A DNA stretch of 64,000 bases from Takakia lepidozioides (Eukaryota; Plantae; Bryophyta), in assembly GCA_030704615.1 (NCBI GenBank), contig CM060731.1, positions 50,282,001 through 50,346,000 of the forward strand, in the 5' to 3' direction. Of the stretch, positions 51,251 to 64,000 are shown one piece after another. Below the pieces are notes generated by a model that made no database searches, was not told where the DNA came from, and saw only the letters and a program-made list of their open reading frames with translations. A program made the position numbers and the translations under genes. The number at the start of each line of letters is the position of its first letter. Within the stretch, counting starts at the first letter, position 1.

Positions 51251-53918
51251 ATGACTTCAACGTCTGCGGATGAGGTGAGGGAGGAGGCATCAACGCCAGT
51301 GGAAACATCTGAAGACGTGTTGGTTCAGATTCCAGACGCAATCGTCCACTTAATCGATGAACAGGAGAGTCCCCATCTAGCTACGGCGAATTTTACCGTG
51401 GTCAGGATCAATCAAGAGGGCAATGCGATTGTTGTACTGGTCCGAGTTGGAGAGGACCTCCAATGGCCATTGATGAGGGATGAGCCCACTGTGAAGCTCG
51501 ATACGACCCACTATTTTTTCACTCTTCGAGTACCTCCTGAGGTCAATGGAGAGGTAATATGCTTAATCAAGCTACCTTATGAAGGCTTGCTACAGGTCTG
51601 GACAACATTGGCATTTGGCAAGGTAGTTGAAGCAGAGAATCGTACTCGCGCACTATTCATACTCAGAAACGTGCCCAGTAAAGTGGGCTTCCTTTGTATT
51701 CTGCTGTTGATCTGAATGAATCTACAATGAAGAATTTTAGTCCTCCTTTGACATAGAAGTAGGTTGATTAAATTTCGGCTGAGTGGGAGTTTGGTTCTTG
51801 CACAGAACATAGCTGGGTCCGCGGGATCTTCCAAAGATGAAACCTTAAATTATGGAGTGACATTTCCGTCGGGGCACGAGGCCGCTATTCAACAGCTTGA
51901 CAGCTTGTTAGAACAATACAGTTTCTTCTCCAGCCCAACTCTTGTCGAAGGAAACGAAAAAAACCAGGAGATAGTCCAACAAGCGCAGGATCAACCGACT
52001 GAGCGATCGACAGTTCCGCCAGCAGTAGAACTTCCGGGCGAGGGGAAAGAGGTTTGTAACTATCTAGAGAAGTTTTTAAGGATGCTATACATGACATTTT
52101 CTCCATTGAAAAAGAGAAGGGACATTCGTTGACAGTTCCCTTGGCCGTTGGTTATGTCGCTCTATCCCTCGCAGCGTACATTAAAGTCTATACCTTTTGT
52201 ACTGCTTAAAGAGGTTCTCTGCACCCACAGCTAGGGCATGAAGATTTCTCTCTAAATTGCCAAACAAAGAGATGAACTCTGGTTCGTTGCATGTTGACAG
52301 TGCCGGGTTGATGCGAGCGTACTTAAGTGAGAGAGAGCAAGAGGGTATGGAAATCAATCCCTTTTATCGGCCAATGAGATCTCCTTATGTGGCCTCTTCA
52401 CCCTCAAAACCAAAAACTGATCAAGTCAAAATATTCACTTAGCCTAGAATGTTTCCTTCGAAGGATGGGCAGGGGATCTAAGCACGCTGGAGATTTTGAT
52501 GCTTGCAGATCACAGAGGACAACCAGGCAGATTTCTGGACTACGATGGCTCCAAATGTGAATGACTACAATAGTTCTTTAGCAAGAGGAATTGCTTCAGG
52601 ATCAGGCCAAATCATAAGGGGTATCTTCTGGCTCAGAAATTCAACTGTGGCACAATTGGAGAATGGGAGTGCTTACATGAGGAGGGTGATCAAACCAAGT
52701 GACAAACCTTCAGAAATCAGTCCAAGAACCCTCCGTAATTTGGAACGGCATGTTCTCTCAGCTCTCAGCCATCAGGATATAACTTGTCTTTGAGAATCTC
52801 ATTCAATGGAACTTTTCTACATACTGGGCCGTTGGGTCTTGCTGATGCAGTACAATCCTTCTTTTGCATAATTCTCCTGCTCGTTTTCTCTAACCATGTT
52901 CGAGAAAATAAAGAGTGACATGTACTATATTCCCAAGCATATTTTTGCCGAACTTTCAAGTCAAGGCATGAGATAGTCCACTTTTAAGTATGTTTGACCA
53001 TGAAGAATTTTCGCATGTATGGTTGGATAAATTGTGTTTCTGATATAATCTCTTAACAGTGGGTTCAATGCGATCCATTCAGGGTGAGATCCATGTCAAG
53101 GATGACAGAGAACTTGGTGAAGAGTGTTCTATCTGGGGTATTGCGGGTTGTTGGCTTCTTCTCTGGTGCTGTTCTTACCTCAACGGTTGGCAAACAGCTT
53201 GCCAAGCTGTTGCCTGGAGAGGTGGTCCTGGTTTCTCTTGATGCTTTTGGTAAGTGACTATAATGCCATTTCCACAACAATGGAGGTACATTGACTGGCT
53301 TGTTCTATTGCAAATCTCATCTTTTCTTATCCCTCTCAGCTAGAACTTACATTGCTTAGAAAAAATTATAAAGAGAAAAATCTCAAAGTGCAGTGCAGCA
53401 CTTGCTTTGGCTTTGTGAGAAAGGGTTTGTAGGAGAACTCATAGGGATTTTCTGACCTAATGGAAGACTTGGATTAATAAGAAATCTGTGTGGTTGGGTA
53501 CTGTATATTTCAGGAAAATTGTTTGATTCTTTGGAGAAAACCGGCACAGACATCATGCAATCAACCTCCTTGATGACACAAACTGTTATCTCTAGCAGGT
53601 TCTATATCTCTTTTCCTGCCTTGCACAACTGGAGTAGCCTTATGGCTCACCGCTTGCTATAGATAAGTTCCCCTTTACTGAGCAATGAAGCTAGGTATGT
53701 GCATCTAGATCTTTCATGCTTATATAGTGATTTTATGATTGATATTGTTTTAGTTAAAACTCATGTGTGTGGATTCAATTGGTGGCAGGTATGGACAAGC
53801 GGCAGGCCAGGTGACACAGGAAACTTTGGCAACTGCAGGGCATATGCTTGGTGCAGTCTGGACCATCTCTAAAATTCGCAAAGCCCTCAACCCTAGTGAC
53901 GCCGCTCTCAAAGCTTAA
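51251..53918 (+). CDS. ERD7: Senescence/dehydration-associated protein (ERD7-like, senescence/spartin domain), 6 exons
   Basis: Exons 51251-51553, 51806-52051, 52509-52747, 53083-53249, 53514-53598, 53789-53918. Motifs LQWPLMRDEPTVKLDTTHYFFTLRVP, LNYGVTF, FWTTMAPNVNDYN, LLPGEVVLVSLDAF, KIRKALNP. Confidence 0.9.
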
Positions 53919-55459
53919 TCCTGCACAGCTTCACTCAAAGCAGCAGTCAACCCTTGACGGAGTACCAATATGAAGCACAGTTGCATATGATCATCAATAG
54001 AGTATGAGGGGAGCCTTCCAGGGCTTAAGTACACATTACATGTTTTTATCTACATCAAACCTAAAAATAGATGATAATGAAAAGTAGAGGGTAGTGTAGT
54101 TAGTAGAACTATCATTGATTGCCATCACTTTTCATGTTATCATTTGTTCATTCCATTGAAGTGTGCATAAGTTACTTCATTTTTCATTTCAATAGAACGG
54201 GCATAAGTTTGTGCAAGTACTGAGTGTGAACGTGTAAACTAAGTCTTCACTGAGTGAAGCATGAAGCTCTCGTTTAGTTCTTTATGACACTGAAAATAAC
54301 TCTGAGCTGCCTGAAGATTCTTGAACGACTTGAATGGTCGCACCTGAACAGTTTGGCTTTGTTGAATTCAGCTCAAATACACAAAAGCAAAGACTTTTGT
54401 TTACCTTTTCTATGCGCTGCTCTCTCTCTTCATCTTTATCACCAAGCTTCGTACATGGATTAAAAATACCGGTTCAGATAGGGCCAAGGTTTGCTATGTC
54501 CTCCCACTCAACACCAATCCATAAAACCTATCCTTGACAAATCACACCTGTACTCGTCCCTGCATAAAATTTTCTTGTCTGAAATATTTCATAGTGAGCC
54601 CAGGGTAAGGGGGGGTGGGGAGGATTTGACAGGGGGCCTCAAAGAATGCTACAGGTGATTGGCGACCAAAGAAATTCCTCGAGCAAAGCAGCTGTGGTAC
54701 TTTTACCGGCAGCTGTTCGATTGCAAAGCCTGACCTGTCTTCCTCAATGCGTTGATGGGTTTTCTCTCTTACTGGGCCTTACCACGACAAGCCAGCTTCC
54801 TTGCCACTGAGCTTTTGCATGTAGGTTTTCTCTCTCACTGCATGAACGATGATAAGCGTCTTTCCTTGAACTTCACCTACTGCCTGCATCTTATTGATAC
54901 GTTCTTTGCGGACTAGGTCGGCAGCCTCGGCAGCCTCTCGAAGTTGCTTGGCTAAGGAGGCGCCAGTCTGGGCCACCATATGTGCAAAAACATGGTGAAC
55001 TCTTGCGGTGCTGTCGTCTGCTTCCAGTTGGACCGCTGAAATGTCCACGTTCTCTGCACGCATGAAAGAAGATGTGGAGTGAACGTGGGTTCGCGAGACT
55101 CAGTCGAATGCACTGATGTGGGTTAGTGCGGCTTCTCTCTCTCTCTCTCCCCGTCCCCTTGGCTGGAACGTTACAACGTTTCTTCTTTGTTTCTCTCGCA
55201 GACGGTGGGGTTCATCTTAAAATCTCCAGTTCCACAAACAGTTTCAGAGATAATCGCATCGACTATTTTCCGTCGCGTTTACCACATCCCTCACGACCCC
55301 AGAGGTGTTTAGGTGGAACTTGTCGGGCTTCAGAGCCGTAATACTTATTTGATTGTGGAAGTTCCATTTGTTGATTTCTTTTGCTCCGAGACCACAATGG
55401 ACGAATAAATCTCCCTCTTCTTTCTATTTCTCTCTCTCAAGCTTTTTTTTTCAGCCTCT

Positions 55460-55855
55460 TTCAGCTTTCGGTGCTCAAAGAGTGCATGTCAGCCTGCTCT
55501 AGAACAGATGGTGGGGTCAGTTGAATCGCATGCCTAATACCAGACACCCTAAGACGATCGTTTCTTGGAAGCAAGACCGCCATGTTTAAGAGTAAGTCCT
55601 GGCAGAAAAGGGTAGAGGAGATTTGCAAGTACCTGAGTACTAGGCAGGAAGAACTGACTGACTTGGAGGCTGAAGTGTCTAAGGCCATGTCGGAAGCACG
55701 AAGAATGTCCGAACAAAACAGCGTCAGGCATAAAACTTCCCTGAACTTGTTTCCAGTTTATAACATGGTGAGGACCTTAAGGATGATCTGAAGGGCCTAC
55801 CTAACCTTGGCACTGATTGAAATCGTAAATCAGGGTGGGGTTCTTCCTTTGAACA
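55460..55855 (+). mobile_element. LINE family B fragment (intronic)
   Basis: Homologous to 45150-45580 (KECMSACS, SWQKRVEEI, KTSLNLFPV). Confidence 0.7.
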
Positions 55856-56132
55856 ATATGCTCTTGTTCCAGCCTATGTTCACAAGGCTACAGCAAACAA
55901 ATGATCATGTTTCCCGTTTTAACCAGTATTTGTTGGGAGGGAAAATATGAGTGTGTGAATGTGGATGCCCTGTGATCCCTTACAGGGCGTCAGCCTCTCT
56001 TTCTCCCATCCGCAGGCGCAAGTTTAATAGCTTCGGTTTTCCAAGTTCAGTATCTTTGGCTGAGCTCTGGCAGTTTCACTGTCAGAGTGTTGTGAATGCT
56101 AGGGGTGACCCTTGCTATCGCTGTGGGGATCA

Positions 56133-56444
<312 letters not shown>

Positions 56445-56954
56445 TTAAACTAGTGTACCACTAATTACAACTAAAGCAATGAGGGCCTTGTCCTGGAGGA
56501 CACAGCCCACTGGAGTACTTGTGCCAAAAATTGGCTATCGCGCTCGTACATAGCTACATTACGTGGTTGCATGGTAATGAAGTGTGATTCAAGCTCAGAT
56601 TCATAGAGGGAGAAAGAGAAGAAGACAATTCCATAGGAAGCCCAGAGGATCTATGGCAAAGGTTAACTTTACTTGAGAGTACCAAAAGAATATATCAATC
56701 GACCGTCTTCTGCAACTGTTGGCTAAGACATGCCCTTGAGGGGGCAGTTTTTACGGGATGCCAATCCTCGGGAAGTTGGTTGTCGGGTTCTTCTAACCAC
56801 AATATGTAACTTAACCCAAATCTGCCATGGCACTTGCACACAGACAACGACAATCCAATGAAGGGGATAGAGAGTTGTACTGGCTGGTGTAGACATCATT
56901 CTAGAAAATACTGTTTTATACCAGCTTTACACAGTATTTTTATCGTCTGCTGTA

Positions 56955-57395
56955 GGGTAAGACTTACCTTGGAATAAACAACTTATCTGGATTTTCCAGA
57001 TATCCTCTAGAAATCCCTTCACACAAGCATCAATCTGCTGTGTGTGGTTGGCCCAATAACTAGGCCCCAAAAGGGCCTGGGCTTTTTGCTCAGCCTCAAG
57101 ACTTTCAAAGTTGGTAAACAGAGGTACAGGTTCCCTTGATAGATTTGAGGAGAGCGTCTCTCTGGTGAGAGAACCCCCGACAATGAATCAGAAAATGAAT
57201 GTTGTCTTCAGGTTGCCACACAACGGGCAATTGCACTCTCCTTTTCCTCTCTGCTTCTGTTTGCTGTTCAAAGGTAGGCTTCCCGCCCTGAGTTTAAATT
57301 TCAGTCTAGTGCCGAGAGTGGGTAGACCCTTGAGGTCATCCATGATGTCCTCCCCCATGTCACAGACTGGAAACAGGTTCAGGGAAGTTTTTTGC
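56955..57395 (-). mobile_element. LINE family B fragment (intronic)
   Basis: Near-identical to 44820-45250. Confidence 0.85.
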
Positions 57396-60300
57396 CTACC
57401 TGCATTTGTGCCAAGAGAGAGAGTGTGTGTGTGTGCCCACCTGTAGGGTCTGGGCGAAGTGTGCATACATGGGTGAACGGGAGATTCCATCCAAGCATTT
57501 TATCTCTCGAGAAACTGCTATGTAGCGTCATTGAAGGTAAATGAGCATTACTACAAACGGTGGGATGCTGAGTAGAAACCAGGGTATAAGAAAAGCGGTG
57601 ATTCCTATTGATCCCAAACAGGCCACCATATACTCCATCATTGTCTGCATAGAAATCACAACATTGAAAAGTCAGATTCTTTCACCTTCAGCAATTGTAA
57701 CAGTCCAGTCATAAGGCAATGAAGTCAGACAAGAGTTCATTTTATATCGAGCCATCTTGGACACTACACTATTTGATCCTCCCAGCCAACTGTGGGCAGA
57801 GGTCTTTGCTTGCAAACTGGCACTTAAGGGCTTTTGAAGTCTCTTAACATAAAATTGGGCCGGAAAAGCCTTGGTTGAAATTGTACGATTCAAGCTGGAA
57901 TCATTGGTCCTATGTAACTAAGGAAATAATGATGTGAATACTTCCAAAACTGTACACTCGGGACATTTTGCTTTTTAGCAAAATGCAAGTTTAGTATCCG
58001 TGCAAGAAGACTAATGAATAGCAAGTGTCAAGTTGAAGCCTATGTGGGCCTACTTCTACATTCAGCCATGGCTCTTGTACCAAGAAGTCACCTGCATAGT
58101 AGTTGGCAAGAGTTTGTCCACCAGTGCTTGGTCTTTGCTGAAGCGGTTTACTATCCTTCCCATTGGATTCTGCAAATATCAGGATCCAACCATTGTAAGC
58201 CTCAAATAAAATTGCAGAGATTTGGGGAACGGTCTCAAAGCCAGGCGAGATGTGCATCTGCACACAGCCACTGCAATGGAGTCAAACAGAAAAGTGAAAG
58301 ATTGTTAATCTGGCCTGCATTCACTTCACAGCAGTGGGGGCAGGGACAAGACAGATTGTCATGCCCACCTGGTCGAAAAATAGCTGTGGAGACCGGAGAA
58401 CCCTTTCTGCCATATATCCATGCATCCCCTTGGCAGACCACATCGCTACCTCAGTGAAAAGGAGGGCACGGCCCAATGAGAAGATTGTAGCTCCCACAAA
58501 TAAGCATGCATAGGCTATGATATACATCTCGCTGGTGATTCGGTATTTTCTATCAACCCATGCACTCAGCCAGTAATCGACCGTAACCCGCACCGCTTGA
58601 CCCAGCAGGAAAATTATGATGACAGAAAAGAAGAAGGTCAGCCTGCATTGTACATAGAGAGGAGTGAATCCAGGCTCCTGGTTGTTGAACATATATGTTG
58701 AACTCTCCCTCTTAAATTTTTCTGTGTGACTGGCAGTGCAACCACTGATACAGCAAACACATCTGTTTCCAGCCACAGGGTTACAGTAGTAGTGGAATCA
58801 TTTCGCACTTGTGTAAGTCAATGCAAGAATGCAGGTCGTGTTAATTTGAATTCCCTGTAACTGGATCATCATCCGCTATGTGCAAGGAGCTATTGAAATG
58901 ATGGGTCCAGTCTGGTACACACTGGTGAGCTAATACACCACAACTGGCTCCTGAAGAGTTATTAGTATCCTACAGTGACTAGGCCCTCAGCCATACATCC
59001 TGGCTTGTAAATGAGTGCATCTGTCTTTATCTTGCATATAACACACTTTAGCATATTGCAATCAAGGAAGGGCTATGAGAAGCTGGGGAAAATTGGGTGG
59101 CAAAAGAGAAAGGATGCGTTGTAAAGTCTGTTGGGGTTAGCAGGAGCGTGTAGAGATAGTAGATACCAAAGGAAACTATCGCAATCACAGGAGGCCCAAA
59201 GGGCCCCCTAGGACAAAGTCTACAGAGAGATAGGCAGAAGCATGACACCCACGGTGGACCCCCAGGGCTGATGAGACAAAGTAGAACAACCAAAAACCAT
59301 CAACCATAGCAAAGGACACAGGAGGGAGAGAGGAACCTACCCACCCCCATCCCTGAAATACTGAATGTAGGTTGACCAGGTTATGTCACCCTCAACTCGA
59401 TCCTCCTGCACTGTAAGTATCCCTCCTGCTTTGGCCTTACTGCCAAGCTTCCTCTCTGCTTTCAAAGCCACCTGAGTGTCAGCAGCTTTCTTTGATGTCT
59501 GAATCATTTAATATGGACACATCAATCAATGGACTTCCCTTTGTTTCAAGCCCATCATCCTTATTGTTTGATAACTCTCCTGACTCTTTTCTCAAACTGC
59601 TTTTGTTTCCAAGGTCTCTACTAGTAAAATCGGTCTCTTTCTGTCCACTATCTCCAATTCCTGCTGCAAAATTGTGGGTCTTTTCTCTTATCTCCCCTTG
59701 CATTGCGCTCAGGGCCCCAATCGATACATCGGCTTTGACTCCAGAGTCCTCCACTACTCCTCCATGACTAGAATTATCCTGCTGACTCGGCATGTCCCAG
59801 CTGTGATCATGAGCTGGAGCGGATCCCGCCATCTTGAATTCCTGGCATATCTCAAGTCTGCCTTTCGTCATCAAATAGACACGGTCACAGAGACTGAGTG
59901 ATAGTTTGTTGTGAGTGACAAGAACAACTGTCCGTCCCTTGAGAACTAGAGCCAACACATGGTCCATCAGGTGTTTTGCTGTTGGAACATCAACAGCTGC
60001 CAATGGGTCATCAAGTAGCACAAGAGGGGCGACGATGTAGCATGCACGTGCAAGGCCAATGCGAGCCTTCTGACCTCCACTCAAATTCACTCCTCTCTCT
60101 CCCTGCATAATCACAGGCCCAGATCAGAACATTAGATCCTTCTCACTGCTACGTGTGGAACCAATGAACCACAGAATGTCATTGGCTTTCAAAAGTTGAG
60201 GCAGTTCCTGGCTGAATGACGTCCAACCAGGAGAGAGTATATGACTTGGTGAAATGGCAATTTGTATTATGGAGAAGTTTTACACATGCTCCCACGCGGA

Positions 60301-63114
60301 CTGGAAAGGTCAAACCTGCCAGGAAAGAGGAAGTCCACCTTTCAAACCACGAAAGGGGTGGAACAGAAGCTCACAATTTCTGTGTAATGGCCTGCTGGCA
60401 ATTGCTCGATATCATGGTCCAATGTGCATGCAGTGACTGTTCGATTGTACCGCAATTCATCATACTTAGATCCAAAAAGAATATTGTTCCGTATTGTGTC
60501 ATTCAAAATCCAGGGTTGCTGTGGGGTGTAGGCCACTTCCCTCTCAGTGTAGAAGGTCCCTTTCCCAGAGGTGCAGTGTAGATGCGTACCTTATCAAAGA
60601 CAGCCATGCCAACAGTTGAGCGAACTCTCATACCCAATCTTGTCCCAAATGTGAGACACATTTGCTGTGCTATGCTCTCAACATTGGCTGTAAGCAGCAT
60701 GGCCACCACTAAAAGGGTGCCCAACCACCAGGGCATGCGCCGTGTGTGGCTTTCCTGTGCAATCGTTACTAAAGCTCTCAACACATAGACTTGTCACCGA
60801 TGATCGGCCGAAACAAGATGTGAGCATTATATCCATGTTGAAGGTCATTCAGATAACCATATTAAGAGTAAGGAGGAGGCCGGCTATGCACTGGAGAAGA
60901 AAATTCCACGTGAGAGATCCAAAGTTACCGAAATTTCATCCTCGAGCTCTGTTCGGTGAAAAAATTCTTCCTCTTCTAACCTCGTCTGAAGAAAAACTAA
61001 CCTGAGTTACAACAGCGCACAACCACACAGGCTTGCACAGACCACTCATTAAGAACTCCCAACCCACACACCGACACAGTAGCCTCCATACTGACAGAGT
61101 CTCACGGCCTCTCTTCATCTTCTTCTCATCCTCGACGGCCTGTTTCCATTTCTGCTCACATTGGAAAGTCTTCTCCCTTGGAATTAGATCGTACAAATCC
61201 TCCGCCTGTCACAGCACCCATATGGCCAAGGTTGTGGATTTAAACTTATAGACACAGATCTCGACGGAATGTACACAACAGACTTGCCTTTCTTTATCAT
61301 CTTCATGACCATGGTCACCGGGCACGCAATTTGGCTGAACCATGAAAGGAAGCAGAGAAGGAGGAAAGAATGAAAGACGGGAAATTAAGATGTCAGGGTG
61401 GCCCGCGGCAGTATTCATGCGACCCATCAGAAGTGAACATTACAGGAATTCCCGAGTAGAGAGACGCAAAGCGCTACATAGTTACATCTGAAGACCTCAA
61501 CACTACAGCAAAAACTAAATATAAGAGAGAACGAAAAAATGGACCATGCTTTGCTATATAGCTGTGGCGATCAAACTCGCAGACAATTTGAAGTGATTTT
61601 GAAAGGGATGAGAGGAACGGAAGCCAGCTACCATCACTGATCTCGAGCCTGATACAGTAGTGAGACATATTAATGAAATTGACACTGGCCTTACGGGTTT
61701 CCTACAGAAAGAATATGACCATAGCATCAAACTGAGAAGGAAAACGATATACACAAGGGGAAGAGACCGACGAACATTCCAAAACGTAGAACAAACGTAA
61801 GGATGTGCAAGAGAGAGGGAGAGAGACCTGAAGAGTCTTTCGATTGCCGAGAGTAATAAGGGGGTTAACCCAGTGCCATGTCAAAAGGCTGAATATAGAG
61901 GCTTTGAGCTGAGGAGTCGGCCCTCCAGTCACCAACCCCTCTTTTTCTCCATGCTCTTTCTCCTCCATATTCGGAACTCCTTGTTGTTAGCTCTGAAGTG
62001 CCAAGGGATGAGGGAAGATCAATGTGGGGAAAATGTATAGGCAAATGAAGTCTTACATGGTTCAAAATGTTTGGCCTCTGGATGGTAAAACAGGTCTTCT
62101 TGTATGCTCAGAATATATCCGATCCACTCGCCAAGTGGTAGAAGAAATTTAATAATTTCTGAGAGACGGACCCAAAAGGAAAAATAATTAGAATTTCCTG
62201 GAGGAGGGGCTGAAGCGAGCTGCTGAATATTTAGTTCTTTGGACCTCACTCCTCACCTTCTCCCTTGCAACAGAAGTATGGTGCCAACCTGTTGACAAAG
62301 GAAAGGTTCGTCCTTCTGCCTTTCCTGTCATAGGTCTGATATAGATGGGCGTTTGTAATATATAAACTTGAACATTATTGATTATTCCACAAAGTGCTTC
62401 ATTCGGAGATCTAAATCTCTGTAGAAAATGTTGTCATTTTCTAAAGCGAGAGTCTAATCCACACATACATGAACATCTTAAATTAAGTCCTTTAGGCACC
62501 AGACAGGATTCATAGCAGCCTAGACTGCAAAGAGTCCGAACTAGAGACTTACCTGGATTAAAAAGATCGCCACGGATAGAGCACCCAGTGTTTTACGTGG
62601 ATTCACATTCTTATCTTACTCTTATATACAGTTATCACTCGCTTCATCCCTCTCTCCCTCTCCACCACACAGGCCTGTTGACCTGAATTCTTCTTAGAGC
62701 TGGTGGTTGCACCAGAAGTCATAACTTCAGGATTTTCACAGGAGGAAAGACGATGAGTACTCTAGCATACAACTATGCTAATTATATAGAAACGGAGACA
62801 AAGACAGGTTTCTGGAGAGAGAGACTTTATTCGAGAGAGAGATTGAAAGAGATTTATTCAATGGCCTGAAGTGCCTACTTAAATACACAAACCTCAACTT
62901 TAGATATTTTTCTATTTGAAGTCCTAGTGCTATTCCTATCTGCACTCCTCTGCCTTTTCTCTGTCTATCGTGACATGAATAGCAAAAGTATCTAACAATA
63001 TCCAACTTGCTATTCAGGGAGCATTAGTTACACTAAAGTGAACAAACTCTCTAACACTCCCACTTTGTGAATCTTCATTGTTCACATAACCCGGCGTCGC
63101 AAAAGCATCACTAA

Positions 63115-63427
63115 GGGCGCCTCTGCGACGCTAAGGCGTCACAACAGCATCACCACAGTAGGAATTTTTTTTATTTTTTTTATTTTTTGGGCTTTGCGGC
63201 CCTCAACTTCACAAAAGCGTCGCCGAGGCGCCCAACGTTGCGACGCCAGGGGGTCGCCACAGAGGGTCGCAATGGTGTTGTAGTCAGCTTAGGTCATCAC
63301 AAGGACGTCGCTTGGGGCGCCTGGCGGTGGGGGGGTGCAACAACGGCGACGACGCTGGGGCTGGGGTTGGGGTTGGGCATTAAGGTTGTGGAGGTTGCAA
63401 CTCCCCGGCGTCACAAGAGAGACCCCC
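63115..63427. mobile_element. Possible Tourist/Harbinger-like MITE
   Basis: TAA/TTA flanks and imperfect termini gggcgcctctgcgacg ... cgtcacaagagagaccccc. Confidence 0.35.
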
Positions 63428-63486
63428 TTAGAAGGAACTTGAAGGAACTTGAAGGAAATCTTTATATGTATGTATATATTCTAGCG

Positions 63487-63661
63487 GACAACCAGCATGT
63501 AGCCCAGTGGTAATGGGCACGTATCACATTGGATGTGGTTGTGGGTTCAAACCACGGTCTGGTGTGTCATGAAGATGTCCACCTTTCAGCTAGAAGGCAG
63601 TAGCCCTTGCGGTGAAGTGACACCATAAGTTACGCTCCCTTCGGGAGGCGCGTCATACTTT
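63487..63661 (+). mobile_element. Full-length tRNA-derived SINE (~175 bp) with a 12-bp TSD
   Basis: TATATTCTAGCG at 63475-63486 and 63662-63673. A and B boxes present. Short T tail. Confidence 0.85.
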
Positions 63662-63806
63662 TATATTCTAGCGACGACCGAAGGTCGGAAGCTAGTTTAG
63701 CGTAGAGCAGGAATAGGGTGCCATAGTGCCACGTCATCGTTGCCACGTTTCGTAGACACGTCATCATCGTCGTCAATTTCTTTGGATCCTGCCCGAAATG
63801 CCGAAA

Positions 63807-64000
63807 TCACCAAACTTGTCCCTCACGCGCTACCGCTTCTTTCTCGCTCTTGGGCATTGTGTCAAATACTCGGGTGGCATCCGTCAAACCCTCACACCTG
63901 TAATACATGCTGACAAAGACAGTCCCCACATGGACATCCCCCTCAAGTCCAGCCTCAATGCACGCACATTTTGCATACATGTCCACCAAGGCAGTGTTGA
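63807..64000 (-). pseudogene. PLS-PPR fragment (3' end, internally deleted and truncated)
   Basis: TALVDMYAKC joined directly to AGLEGDVHVGTVFVSMYYRC...ATRVFDTMPK, then non-PPR sequence. Confidence 0.7.

Noticed and set aside
54250-54350. Possible C/D snoRNA (several CTGA boxes, actgaaaat)
   Set aside because: No canonical RUGAUGA box and only a ~9-nt candidate guide. It would need an Infernal/snoscan search.

Overview
Eukaryotic nuclear DNA, most likely from a seed-free land plant (bryophyte/lycophyte/fern-like; inferred from the PLS-DYW PPR, the RTEX-like LINEs and the gene content). 1-16.7 kb is transposon-rich: a Ty3/Gypsy gag/protease remnant with a tRNA-iMet PBS, a 500-nt N gap, a frameshifted GCM-like zinc finger/MULE-DDE/SWIM transposase with a convergent Ulp1-like protease relic, and an internally deleted Gypsy pol with PPT and LTR. 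17-64 kb is gene-rich. It holds a secreted 8-Cys peptide; a 27-exon, ~1710-aa proteinase-K-type S8 protease fused to TSP1, EGF and Cys-rich repeats, a TM helix and a Pro/Ser tail; proline dehydrogenase; a PLS-E1-E2-DYW PPR whose spliced N-terminus carries an OSB-type PDF (ssDNA-binding) motif; an ERD7/senescence-domain gene; a doubly deleted ABCC pseudogene; and a PPR fragment. A tRNA-derived SINE and two LINE families are dispersed through the window. The best candidates for something new are the PDF-PPR-DYW fusion, the membrane-anchored subtilase with animal-ECM-like modules, and the unusual intron architecture of that gene. All exon models were built by eye from GT/AG sites and phase compatibility. 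No database search was run.
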